A DNA stretch of 46,359 bases from Phoronis australis (taxonomy: Eukaryota; Animalia; Phoronida). A model generated the notes under the pieces. The model did no database searches and was not told where the DNA came from. It saw only the letters and a program-made list of their open reading frames with translations. Below, piece after piece: positions 13,107 to 26,100 of the stretch (positions within the stretch are counted from its first letter, which is position 1; every line of letters begins with the position of its first letter). The stretch spans positions 1-46,359 of the forward strand of contig NMRA01001159.1 of the NCBI GenBank assembly GCA_002633005.1, written 5' to 3'. The position numbers were made by a program, and so were the translations under genes.

Positions 13107-14732
13107 CTGCAGAAACAATGAACAAGTTATAGCAAACATCAAAATCACTAACTTCACTGTGAATCTTAATTACTCGTCATGCAAAGGTTGAAATACAATT
13201 GTACACAGAATTACCAAATTTATTCTCTGTTAACCAGGTAATATATTAGTCGTGGTTGGAATAGATCATCATTTTAAAGAACAAAGTTACACTCTCGCAC
13301 ATGTAGTTTGTTTGTTAATGTTAATAATTCTCAGTGCGAAGACATACATGTTCTTAGAAATATGAAAATTTTTATCAAAGTCTGGACGACTAGTTACAGC
13401 TAAACCAAGCTACAGTACAGTATATCACTTTTATTGACAATAACGTGACTTTATTCAAACTTAATAATAATCTTCATGAGATCAATTTATGAGAGTAAAA
13501 ATTAACTGAATTTTTGATTTTTAGCCAGCTAAAAAGGACGAAATGTAGATTGCCGAAAAATATTTTTTGACATAAAATACGATGTATTAGACGGCATTGT
13601 TGAAACCAAATGTGCTCTATGTGAAAGCAGCGATGTATGGGTAAAACTTACGGGGTCGCCTGGTTTTATTAGTATGTCTACCCGAATACCTGCTGGGTGT
13701 ATCAATTTAACAGTTTCACTTCTCCCCGAGGTCCAAAATAGTTTCTAACAAATTTGGGTCATTAACAAACAGGAATTGAATTAAGACAGAACTTTAATGC
13801 ATGATTAAAATAATATTGGAATAGGTTATTATTAAATGCAACTGAATTATGAAGTAGTTTAAGGAAATTAATCCAGTTAATCAATCCTTGGTATATGATG
13901 TGTTACTGGTTAAGAACAAGTACACAGAGAACAATTCGACTTGTTAATGACAATGGTATTGAACAAATTGCTAACTGACAAAACATCCTGGAAAAGCGCA
14001 AACTCTTCTCTACAAATTAAACACATTTTACCAAAACCTTTCCTCTTATTAGGATTCATGTTCAGAAAAGTCAATACATCACGTAGTTTCCATTTTGCCA
14101 AAAGTCCAAACGAATTTTTCTGCTGTTCTGAGTCTTCAGACGTCGAGGCAGTGGCCTGACTAAGCGAACTGCTGCTTTTAAAAAGAGCGCTTTGCCGGCC
14201 AGTTTTCGCGTGTACACGCGATAAATTGATACATTTGCCTGTTCTTGAATATATTTAAAGGGGCATTTCCTTATCACGGGGAACCAATTAAAGAGACTAT
14301 GACCATGACAAATATCATGAAACTGGACGAATTTTGAATTTTTTGACACAAAGAGTTAACATCAACATAAGCTGCATTTTGATGTTACGCCTCCACTTGC
14401 CGACGGCCACTTGAACCCGAAGGTTAGTCGAACAAAATATAGAAACAGACGTATAAATGATGAGTACCATTGGAAAATTATGTGTCATAGAATCATATAA
14501 TCCATACCAAAATTAATGATAACATGTTGCACGGCAAATGTTAAATGTATCATTTAATCAAATTCTCATGAAATTCCAATCTCGTCTAATACAGAGGAAT
14601 TCACTTTCCCCTGTTACTAAATTTACAGAAAAATCACGCATTTGCAGTTGACAGATTTTATTTTTGTAATTTGGAAATGACAGAAAATGCTNTTGTCTTA
14701 ATTCTAATGTCGTTTCAAGTAGTTTCTATTAC

Positions 14733-14828
14733 CTTGTCTCGCACGTCTAAGTCGGCCCCACCCTGCACCAGCACCCTCACCACCTCCGTCCTGCCCCTCA
14801 CTGCTGCCAGGTGAAGTGCTGTGCTGTC
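14733..14828 (-). CDS. Ankyrin-repeat exon E (type II, 96 nt): DSTALHLAAVRGRTEVVRVLVQGGADLDVRDK
   Basis: Paralog or allele of exon D with intact splice sites; lies 41 bp from the assembly break at 14692. Confidence 0.82.
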
Positions 14829-17800
14829 CTGCAGAAACAATGAACAAGTTATAGCAAACTTCACAATCACTAAATTCACTGTGAATCTTAATTACTCGTC
14901 ATGCAAAGGTTGAAATACATTTGTACACAGAATTGCCAAATTTATTCTCTGTTAACCAGGTAATATATTAGTCGTGGTTGGAACAGATCACCATTTTAAA
15001 GAACAAGTTTACGTCACTATAGCAGTACATTTGTTAATGTTGAAAATGCTCAGCGCGAAGACATACATGTTCTTAGAAATATGAAAACTTTTATCAAAGT
15101 CTGGACGACTAGTTTTAGCTAAACCAAGCTACAGTATATCACATTTATTGACAATAACGTGACTTTATTCAAACTTAATAATAATCTTCATGAGATCAAT
15201 TTATGAGAGTAAAAAATAACTGAATTTTTGTTTTTTAGCCAGCTAAAAAGGACGAAATGTAGATTGCCGGAAAATATTTTTTGACATAAAATACGATGTA
15301 ATAGACGGCATTGTTGAAACCAAATGTGCTCTATGTGAAAGCAGCGATTATACATGTATGGGTAAAACTTACGGGGTCGCCTGGTTTTATTAGTATATCT
15401 ACCCGAATACCTGCTGGGTGTATCAATTTAACAGTTTCACTTCTCCCCGAGGTCCAAAATAGTTTCTAACAAATTTGGGTCATTAACAAACAGGAATAGA
15501 ATTAAGACAGAACATTAATGCATGGTTAAAATAAAATTGGAATAGGTTATTATTAAATGCAACTGAATTATGAAGTAGTTTAAGGAAATTAATTCAGTTA
15601 AGCAATCCTTGGTATATGATGTGTTACTGGTTAAGAACAAGTACACAGAGAACAATTCGACTTGTTAATGACAATGGTATTGAACAAATTGCTAACTGAC
15701 AAAACATCCTGGAAAAGCGCAAACTCTTCTCTACAAATTAAACACATTTTACCAAAACCTTTCCTCTTATTAGGATTCATGTTCAGAAAAGTCAATACAT
15801 CACGTAGTTTCCATTTTGCCAAAAGTCCAAACGAATTTTTCTGCTGTTCTGAGTCTTCAGACGTCGAGGCAGTGGCCTGACTAAGCGAACTGCTGCTTTT
15901 AAAAAGAGCGCTTTGCCGGCCAGTTTTCGCGTGTACACGCGATAAATTGATACATTTGCCTGTTCTTGAATATATTTAAAGGGGCATTTCCTTATCACGG
16001 GGAACCAATTAAAGAGACTATGACCATGACAAATATCATGAAACTGGACGAATTTTGAATTTTTTGACACAAAGAGTTAACATCAACATAAGCTGCATTT
16101 TGATGTTACGCCTCCACTTGCCGACGGCCACTTGAACCCGAAGGTTAGTCGAACAAAATATAGAAACAGACGTATAAATGATGAGTACCATTGGAAAATT
16201 ATGTGTCATAGAATCATATAATCCATACCAAAATTAATGATAACATGTTGCACGGCAAATGTTAAATGTATCATTTAATCAAATTCTCATGAAATTCCAA
16301 TCTCGTCTAATACAGAGGAATTCACTTTCCCCTGTTACTAAATTTACAGAAAAATCACGCATTTGCAGTTGACAGATTTTATTTTTGTAATTTGGAAATG
16401 ACAGAAAATGCTCTGACATCAAAAGAAATTAAAAATATTTACGAACAAAACTTAAAAAGACCAGGTCAGCTGGTTGAAATCTGTTTCAGTGGTGAAGAAT
16501 TACTTCCAATATTTCAATTCAGTTTGTTTATCGGGTTCCAAGCCTCTATTAAAAGATATTTTGGAGTTCATAACTAGAGATGCATTTGCACGTCAACACT
16601 GCATTTCATTTCACTGAAATGCTCAAAACCTGTATTTGAGCATCAAATGGCTTCTGAATTAAATCAAACAACGTCATTGCGATCGTTTTAATCGTGTTGA
16701 GAAATAAATTTTGAGTTCACAATATATTAGTGACCGTTAGAACAGGGCATCGGGGTTAAAGATCAAGAATTGGAACATGTCGCTTCTTCTTACTTTACAA
16801 ATACAATTCCCAGACCCGAGTGTTCACTAGTTACATGTACCTACAGCAGGGTGATAATCACTCGTAGTGATTAATTTCATGATCCATGCTCATCAAATGA
16901 GTGACAATGAAATTTGAAAAGACAGCCACACGACCATGACACGAACATCCCTATTTTAAACCCACAGTTGCGTCGTCACCGTTAACTAACAGCTACAACT
17001 GCACAGACTCAAATTCTCATGCAAGCTGAGGATTTGGCCTCCAGCACCAACTTGCAACATGCTGCTTGGAATTTCCAACACATGGTTAATGATTTTTCAT
17101 GAATACATTCCTGGCAGATACCTGGCAAACATGGTGCAAGTTGCATCCGTTCTACTATCATTTACTTGTTGCCAAAAGAAGTTCAGAGGAACACTCACAG
17201 AGTTCTCATTGGTGTATTGGTTGTAAACACACATGTATCGCGTGAGTATGAAATAGTGAAGAATACATCTTTGGCGCGTTTTGTTGACTAGTTTTTTTAT
17301 ACTGTTGCCAATTTTCGGATGGTCCGAAAAATGTTCTAAACCACATCAGAACACGTGATCACGGGTCACAAAAAAGCTACGAGCATGTATCCAGTAATAC
17401 TGTAACGATTCACTTAACAAACTTTGTGGTGGAAAAGAATATTATTGTTAATTAATACGTTGAGATTGGCCAGTTACAATATCCTGGACGCTACCCTATT
17501 GCTACACTGTCGATCCCGTTGTTTGAACGCAAGGCAGTCGAGGCAAATGCAGGGGTTCATGATTTGGAAATATCAGGCAACAGCCTGCTTGAACATCAGT
17601 CTCATTTTCATTTTCATCGCAAATGACTTCAAACGATTGAATGACAACCCTGGGCATACTAATTGCCGAGCGGCAGTCACGACTTGTGTTTCAACAGACT
17701 AGTTTTGGGTTGCGTAGTATTGCAAAGCAGACATGACATGTATCGGAACAAGCGCTCAGTGCTCTACAAATCACCACCTTTAACTCTTGAACTTCTTCAA

Positions 17801-17928
17801 AAAGACGCCAATAGCTATGACAAGTGCCCGCCTCTCCTTTAACTCTCTGAAATTGATTTTCAAGACTGCTGGAATCGTTTAAAAAGCGGTAATCGGATCA
17901 AAGTTTGGAGTCGCTGCAGTGGTCGTCG

Positions 17929-18024
17929 TTAGGGTTAGGGTTCGTGGTTAGTGTTAGGTTTTAGTGTTGGCGTTATGGTTAAGATTAGGGTTAGGATTAG
18001 GGTAAGGGTTAGGGTTAGGGTTAA
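17929..18024 (+). repeat. Degenerate interstitial (TTAGGG)n tract, paralog of 4151-4226
   Basis: About 16 imperfect hexamers with the same left flank (GCAGTGGTCGTC). Confidence 0.85.
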
Positions 18025-18288
18025 AGGCGAAGGCAACCTTTTTCCATGTCATTTTGAGCTAAAATAAGGCTGGTTGGTTATCCTAGACATATTTTCCACT
18101 TAATTACAGCTTTTCGTAATTTATTAATTACTCGTCCGCTTCTGCGGAAGTGACGTTTTAGGAGGCAAGCATTTCGCGCCAATTTCTTTTCATACAGTCT
18201 GACTGTGAGAGCTGCCGAGTCAGTAATTGTTCTACCTCGGTTGTGTTAAGTTCCGCTGTCGTTTGCTTTCATTTAGTAGTCAGTCAAC

Positions 18289-19025
18289 ATGCCACACTGT
18301 TGCTGCGTACCGGAATATACTAGTTATCGGCTCACGCGCGCTTTGGGAGTACCTTTGCATCGCTTTCCGTTGGATGACACACTTCGCCGTACTTGGCTCG
18401 TTCGTGTGAAGAACGCAGCGTTACCCGTCCACGCAACGTACAAAGCAGTGTAGAATTACCGTGTGTGCGGCAAGCACTTTCTGTCCTCCGGTTACGAAAG
18501 GGATTTGTACGCTGAACTGATGAAGGTTCCTGCGAAACAACGCCTGAAGAAGGATGCCATTCCGTCTGTGTTGATTCCCGGCAGTGCCCAGTCGCCACCC
18601 CTGAGAAGTGCGTTTTTTGAGGCGAGAAGCTTTGCGAGCTGTGGCCAGTACAGTGACTGGAGCCAGGGGAGGCACTTCATCTACTGTCACCCGTGCCTCC
18701 GAACGTACCCCAGAGCGTGCAATTCCTGGAACCAGTAGTGATTCGCCCTGTGCTGTTTTCTCCAGCCCATTAAGCAGCCCTGCAGCGATATTGAGTAACG
18801 GGAGTGATTACAGGCCCAGTTCGACACCCACTGGAGAGGACAGTTTGTCGTTCAGTGAACAGATCGGTGAGGCAAACTTTGATAAGTTTATTGTGGACTT
18901 GTCTATTTAGAAGGTGCCAGATGTGTGGCGAGGGAGTCACACGACACGATGTAAGCAGTTTGGGTGCTCAGGTCACCATTTAGTGGGAGTGTGTCGCGGA
19001 AGACTCTGGCAACTGAGTGGGACAG
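18289..19025 (+). pseudogene. Kolobok transposase N-terminal remnant (THAP zinc finger plus a second Cys-rich finger); DDE core missing
   Basis: MPHCCCVPEY...LHRFPLDDTLRRTWL...V*NYRVCGKHF...LKKDAIPSV has the THAP signature, with a stop at 18451-18453 and a likely C>Y change. After frameshifts it reads KFIVDLS and RRCQMCGEG...VTI*WECVAE. Confidence 0.8.
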
Positions 19026-19305
19026 TTGTTCCTCTGTCCGTGATATGCATTCCATTGAGGTAGACCGATAACAGCGCACACAGTGCATTTGCACCAAGAT
19101 GTGTCACCACGTCTGTCCTCAGTAGCCGCCTCGTTTCACTCAACAGCTGCCTGTGCCTGTGCGTACTCTGCCTCGTTACACTCGAGCTCAAACTGTCCCC
19201 ACCCACTGAATGTCCGTGAAAAAATTCCTCGTCACCACTGCTGTGAACAAGGTCTCCGTCACTCACAATACTGTCACTGTGATACGGGTCACCGACTCCA
19301 GCCAT
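19025..19305 (-). pseudogene. KolX-like accessory ORF remnant (Cys-rich, related to the P2X7 ballast domain)
   Basis: Acidic, Ser-rich N-terminus from the ATG at 19305, then frameshifted EDRRGDTSWCKCTVC and STSMECI. This resembles the WCxCxxC..M....EC.CC motif and converges on the transposase, as in Kolobok. Confidence 0.6.
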
Positions 19306-20481
19306 TTACAGCTTACAACACACTAAACAATCCCTAAATTCAACGTAGTTGAGTTCTCTACTAACCTATCTTGCCGCAGAATACTCGCCGATTGAAAGTG
19401 GTGGCGACATTTGTTGAAAAACAGCACAAAACAAAAGTAGAATAGAACAGATTCGCACGGTAGTCAACGCAAAACCAAGTGGCGGAAAACGCTTGCCTCC
19501 TAAAACGTCACTTCCGGAGTAGCGGACGAGTAATTAATAAAAATACGAAAAGCTGTAATTAAGTGGATCATATGTTTAGGATAACCAACCAACCTTATTT
19601 AAGCTCAAAATGACATGGAAAAAGGTTGCCTTCGCCTTTAAGAATAGGTTCTGCTCTCCTCTGTCTTGAAACGACGTGGCAGTGGTCTGGCCAGGCGAAG
19701 CGTTGCTTTTAAAAATAGCGCTTTGCCGTAGGCTACAGTTTTCACGTGTACACGCGATAAATTGATACATTTGCCTGTTCTTGAAAATATTTAAAGGGGC
19801 ATTTCCTAATCACAATGAACCAATTAAAGAGACCATGGCCAATCACCATAAAGCTATAATTCTTCTATTTGAGTTGTTTGACATTCGTTTGACGTGCAGA
19901 CGTTCTAAATGGGGTTGACAGCATGCTTATAATTTTCTATTTTGTACCAGAAATTTTAAGACATCGATAGTTTACCTTAACATGGTGTTTAAAGAGGGAA
20001 ATGCTAAAATTTTGAATTCTCAATGAATTTCATATTCAAAGGGAAGATCACGATTGCTTTGCTGATAAACAAACACGGAGTACAAAAAATTCTACATTTT
20101 GAACATAAGCCGCACTTTGATGTTACGTCACGACTAGCAGACGGCCACTTGGACCACACGGTTAGTAAATAAACAAAATAAACAAAAATACGTACAGACT
20201 GATAATAATGCGTAATAGAATATGGCACTCATACCCAAAATCATAGTAACATGTTGAACTTTAAAACAACTGCCTGTTTGAAAAATATCTTTACGTGAAT
20301 AAATCTTTAAAATTTCGTCGTTTATGAAAAATCACCGCAGAAGTACAATGCGTCACGTGAACATCACCCCATCTATTAAAAGAAGGCAACCTGGAAATCA
20401 ATAATTAAACATGCATTTGGGTGTCAACACTGAACTGCGTTTCACCACAATTTTCAAAACCTCCTACGCAATTTAGCAATA

Positions 20482-20833
20482 CAGATGGCGCAGGACTGAA
20501 ATAAAGCCAAAGTTAATGCGTTCGCTTTAATTGTGCCGCCTCAACCACACCCCCTTGGCTGCCGCAAAAATAAAGCAGCAGGGGTTAGAGGAAATACTTA
20601 GTTCATTATTTAATCGCCGTAATGAACATGCTTCTGAGACAATATTTAACAATGAGCCCAGTTTTAATTTGGTTGAGCGTGTGGGGGAGGGCTCAGACCA
20701 ACGGCGCAATCTTTTTTAGTGGATGGTTTTCAATAAAAGGTTAGAATTCCGGTTTATGCTGGGTGCTTGCATGCAATCGTGCTTCCAGAGACAAAATGTC
20801 GCCCCACTTTATGATATCCTAGTTCCGCCACTG
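20482..20833. mobile_element. Decayed MITE-like element with CAG(A)TGGCG...CGCCACTG ends
   Basis: Imperfect terminal inverted repeats flanked by TA. Only the right end survives in copy 1 (about 5025-5069). Confidence 0.4.
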
Positions 20834-23146
20834 TATTGAATTCATTCTTGACACGTTACTAGTGTACTACTGTACGGACCCAACTTTTCATGCGAGCTGA
20901 GATTTTGGCCACTCGTATTAAGTCGCAATATGCGCATTGGAATCCCCAACTTAACCGTACTGAGTCTTTACACGTACACCTCTGGGCAGAAACCTGGCAA
21001 ATACATGTATGAAACAACTCGTGTGGGCCCAACCATATTTTTATCGTCAAATTAAGCTCAAAAGAACACGAACGGAGAACAGCACGATAAATGACTAGCA
21101 TTTGTAAAACATATATGTATCGCAAAAACTTGAAATAATGCAGAAAGAGTTTTTGACGCGTTTTGTTCCGTATTTTTTCAAATTTTCGGATGTGCCGAAG
21201 AATATTCCGGGCCACGTGGTAAAACGTCACAAAACAGTGACGTTTACAATAATGTTCAAACGATCCAGTTACCAAATTTTTTCTTGGAAAAAACATAATT
21301 TTTGAGTAAATTGTCAGGATTATCAAATTATAATATCCCAGATCATGAGAAGAGCAGCACTGAAGAAAGAGGGGGTTATAGCCCCTAGACCCCCTGTGGA
21401 TCAACGCCCGTAATCCAGGGGCAATGAAAACAGTGGGGTGTACAGCCACCCCCTCACCGATATGGAGCGACGCCAAAGCAGATAGCAGATCCCAATGAGA
21501 CACTGCTTGGTTTTGTTCTTTGTGCTCACGGTCGAGTCAAGGCAGGGGATCACGATTCGGAAATGGAAAGTAACGGACTGCTTGAACATGTGTATTGTTT
21601 TTCCGAAAATTACAAAAAGCGAGTAAATTACAACCCTAGATCCACTAATAGGCAAACGACCCCTTGTTCAGCAGACAAATTGTGAGATGGTACATGCAAC
21701 TATTGCAACTTATTTTTTAAACAAGCACAGGTAAACTTTTGAGCGATTATTTTATTCTTCTATTCGTAACATGCCAATTTTTTACTCGCGTTTAGTGGTC
21801 CACGGAGACATCAAATTCTGTTTGCGACCGCGTGGTTGAAATTTGTCACAAACACAGAGTGTAGTGGGTCACACACTTATTCTGCTTAACAAAAAAAATT
21901 GTTTCCCAAAGGAACCTCTCCTTCATCAATGTTTAAAAAAAATTCCCGAACTCGGTTGATGTCTCCAAAAAAGAAGTAATCCGTGCAACATGCATGTTGC
22001 GGTCACGTGTAGTTTCGAGGCTAATCTATTTTGTGCAAAATTATATGGCACGTACAGTGTATTCGGTGATAAGGAGCAAACACAAAGGCACTCGGATTGG
22101 ATTCGATTAGCTTCAAGGGGTTTCCATAGCAGTAGAGAAAAATACGTTTGCACCAAACAGTATTAATTCAATTATGTGACCTGAAATTTGGGATGAATTT
22201 ACGCCACAAGTAAAATCATAATCTCAATAATTTGTCGATGGCTTAAAACTTAATTTGGCGCATTTTGCTTAATTTCTTTCGACGTGGATTTCGTGACGGT
22301 TAGATCGGATTTTGGCTAGGTCGAAAAATGCGGATATAAAGCGAGTTATTATTAGTTTTGCCTTTGCCATGACCAAATGTTAAGCATTTTCTAAGAATAT
22401 GATTGCTTGGATAAATGAATATCGTAAAAATACTGAAGAAATGATAGGACAAAAACAAACAAGAAGCAATGTTTCTGTTCATGTCATCTGCGTTTTTCAG
22501 TTTAGGTGCTCAAAATATTTGATCAGGGTTAAAATTTTCCGTATCCAATTACATATTAAATGTTATATAAAAATGTGAATATGGTTATCCTCAATCCATC
22601 AATGTCCTAATAGTGAATGACATCTTCATTGCGTGAGCCAGACAAAACTGGTAACACTTTCTAAGAAAGGGTAATGCAGAGAAGGGATACTGAGAAAAAA
22701 GGTGAAACAGTTTTGTTATTATCAAAACTTAAATCAGTAAAATCAAGTAGCAGCATTTTAGACCAATGAGGAATTGTTTTATTACTACTGGGAAAATACC
22801 ATACTTCACCATGTTGTTCAACTAGTATGTAAAGCTTATATCCGAAAAGGACTCAAATTTTTACTTCCCATTGTTCGTGTACATTGGACACAACGTGTTT
22901 GATATCCGCATAGAGCTTGAGACAACGAAGACAAATTTATCATGGGGTCCAAGTCTGAGCAATTGGCAGACCGGCCCAAAAATGAGAGTGATAACTTGAG
23001 TGCACTTTCCGATCCTTTGAGATAACTATATTGCAGCAATTCGCATTGCACAATTTCAAATTTTATTCAGTTGCAAAACGATTTTTCCTGAACAGTTTCT
23101 GGAGTAAGCTGTACAAAGTGGGGCAAGTTACGTGTACACTAGATTA

Positions 23147-26100
23147 AATACCACAGCTTTCATGTTGAAGGTCACTTCCTGCACCGTCGTCTGACCACAC
23201 CCTTGTGGAATGAACTGTAACTCTTTTCCAAGCTTAATTATGTTTAGCTTTTCATAAGTAAAGTGTCCCATTTCAGAAAGGACCTTTTCTCGGTGGAACA
23301 GTTCGGAGAAATGTCCCTTTGACCCTCTATACATATAAGTCCGACACTGCCAAGTATTCACGAGGGAAGTTGTGATTGGAAATTCATCAAAAAAAAACAA
23401 AAAAACATTCGTGCACAGCACAGCATTGTCAAGACTTTCGACCCGAACAACCAAGAGATGTGGAAAAATAAAATAGGACCGACTGCCATCGAAAGGGAAT
23501 CAGGAATTTTAATGAACATGAAGACTTCTGTTTGTTAATTACACATAAGGACTATTAGTTATAAAGAATGTTACTGTTTCCCATATTGTCTCAAGAATAG
23601 TATCTCTTTTGAAGATCGTTACTATGAGTTGTTTGTGAAGAACTCCTACATGTGGAAAACACTGCGGACTGGGCTACAATTTGGGTGACTCTGTACATCT
23701 CGAAAGAGTGTACCCAAATATTGCAATAATAAAAATCTAAACAAATATTTCGGCGTTTTTTGAGGTCAAGTTAAACTCATGATCCGTTAAATGTTCCTCA
23801 GAACGAGCAAAAAATACACATTACTATGTATCCTCAATCTTCCATTTCCCCGGTTACCCGTCAAAATATGCGAGAATACCTGCGGAAATTGCTTATAACA
23901 TGCCGTTTTGATTAACAAATTCGTCGGCTTCTGATAGACATGTTTGTTGTATCTATGAAAACCGACAGGTTAACAGGTGAGTTTTGAAGAATTGATGACG
24001 ATTCAGGGAATTCAGTTGAAGCCTGAATATGGAACAAAACTATAATCCGGTCCCCAAATAGTAAAGTGCACTTGGACACTTTTTGCCTATCTAAAACAAC
24101 ACCCAAAACATTGATAAAATTTGGACACTTCATTCCAAAAAATTACTCACAATTCAAATGACATTAAATGCATTGCTTTTATATTCTATGCAGAAAGGAA
24201 TTAAGTCATTAAACCACGGTAAATGCATTGCTCAAGGATTTGATTGTTGATTTCTGACATGTTTATGACTTTAATTGCAGGCTGACATTGGGAAAATTCC
24301 ATCTGTCATTAGATCCCCAAATATAAAAGTACACTAAACGATTTTTGTCTATCTGAAATAAGCCTCAAGGAAATTGATGAATTTCGGACAGCCCAACAAA
24401 GTGTCCTAAAATGTTCACAGAATTCAAACGACAATAAAATGTTTATTGGATTAGGAATTATATTATTGGGTTAAAGTTTACAAATGAAGTTTAAGTAATT
24501 AACTAAATAAAATCAAACTTATTGGTCATCAACTTGGAGAGGTTATCTTTGAATATCCTTGATATTTTTGGTTTTCAGTGGTTTTGTGAATTGAATTTTT
24601 GTTCTTCAAAACTAAATGGTTTGCTTGCATTTCGCTTGCATACTACACACACGGCTGAGCGCACCCAGCCTAAAATATAGGGGGCTCGAATATTTTAGAA
24701 TGTGGAATTTTACTAATACAAAATCGAACACTGGGTTTGTGCTGAGCTATGAATTGAGCAAACGCCGAATCCTGTGTTTTTAAAGGACATTTGCCTAGGA
24801 CTTTTTGTTTCTCGGAGGCGGACCTTTTTGCCCACTTTGCCATCGATGACCTTGAGCCCACTAGGTGCGCAAATGCAAGAAGCACTTCATGGCAGGAACA
24901 ACCACGTTCAAAATAAAGTTTAACGATGCAGTATACCTGTTTAGAATCTCAGATACCCACGGGATTTGAATTTGAACGCCAGACGTTGAAGGGTGTACAT
25001 TTTGGGACACACTTTATATCTTTTTCCCCAGCAACCAGAAACTGGACTACAGGCTCTATTTCTTCAAGGGATTCTGAAGCGGCCACAAAGGCACTCATAC
25101 CAGGCACCATTTGACCGTACCTTTCCATAAATTACTTTAAACCCGAAACTGGGTCATAAAAGGAACCTTGACCTTCGACCCAGCTATAATTACTTCAGGC
25201 AGCTCCCAGCTACATACCTGTCAATACGCTTGGGGGGGCTAGACCCATTCTTACTCTCCGTGAATTTTTGTTGGTTCACGGTTACTTAAATCATGATGGC
25301 TGCATCCCCGGTATTACCCCTATCTATGATGGACGTGTGGGTGGGGTTCGGTACAATTATGGTGACATTCAGAGAACGGGGGGAGGGTGACAAAAGCAAG
25401 GGATAAGGGTCTGCATAGCTCGATTGAGTGCAGGTATTCTACCATTAGAGGTTGAGGTGGGGCGGTACTTCTGAATTCATGTGAATGAACAGATTTGTCC
25501 TGTTTGGAAAAACGGAATTGAATAAACTAGTCTGAAGTGGTCATTGTGCAATATGTTATGTAATTACCTTATAATTGTTATGTGACTGGGTAAGCCCATT
25601 GAGGCTGGGGGTTGTGGTGAATATTCTGTCTTTGATATTGTATTTTATAGCACCCTTACGTCACTATAATAAATAAATAAATGTACAGAATATCCCACGT
25701 CCACCTTAGGTGCCGGACACAGTAACGGACTTACGGGGAGGGGCAAGGGGCGATGGCGTCCCAAAATTTCTCCCGGATTCCATTTGCCAGTTCAGGTGCG
25801 AATTTCTGAGGGTTAAATCCCTGGCTACTGAATACTCTGCCCTGTCCCCCAACTCAAAATCCTGTATCCGTTTTGGGACAGCCTCTGAGATGAAGCCATC
25901 AAGGGTTGAGTAACCGTGAACCAACACGGAGAGTAAGAATTGCCCTAGGACCAGTACACGGACCGGTAGCGAGGAGCTGCCTCAAGTAGCTATAGCTGAG
26001 ATCCAACAGTGTGAAAATACAAAATTTCCAATGAACTAAAACTAGTTGCTTTGATTCAATTGAGACTGGCAGCTCGTACCGGCCGTCTGCGCTCGCTCTA

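Larger units (their letters stand above)
12974..16412. repeat. 1721-bp tandem duplicate (12974-14691 / 14695-16412) split by an assembly break
   Basis: Identical ORF translations offset by 1721 (13910/15631, 13941/15662, 14071/15792); 'n' at 14692. Confidence 0.85.
18025..19637 (+). mobile_element. Kolobok DNA transposon, internally deleted and non-autonomous (1613 bp)
   Basis: TTAA target-site duplication (18021-18024, 19638-19641). ~155-bp terminal inverted repeats AGGCGAAGGCAACCTTTTTCCATGTCATTTTGAGC.../...GCTCAAAATGACATGGAAAAAGGTTGCCTTCGCCT with RR..YY ends. Convergent THAP-transposase and KolX remnants. Absent from the paralogous site at about 4213. Confidence 0.88.

Noticed and set aside
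13910-16070. Identical ORF pairs as duplicated genes
   Set aside because: They are chance ORFs in duplicated intron DNA; more diverged paralogs (about 1810-2085 and 33420-33610) do not keep the same frames intact.
18289-18738. Functional host THAP gene
   Set aside because: In-frame stop, a lost zinc-ligand cysteine, frameshifts, and location inside TIRs.
18021-19641. piggyBac assignment based on the TTAA target duplication
   Set aside because: Ends are AGG..CCT rather than CCC..GGG, and the THAP plus convergent Cys-rich ORF arrangement fits Kolobok.
20859-21503. Longest ORF in the track (214 aa)
   Set aside because: No recognisable domain, and the frame is broken in the paralogous copy at about 5100-5730.
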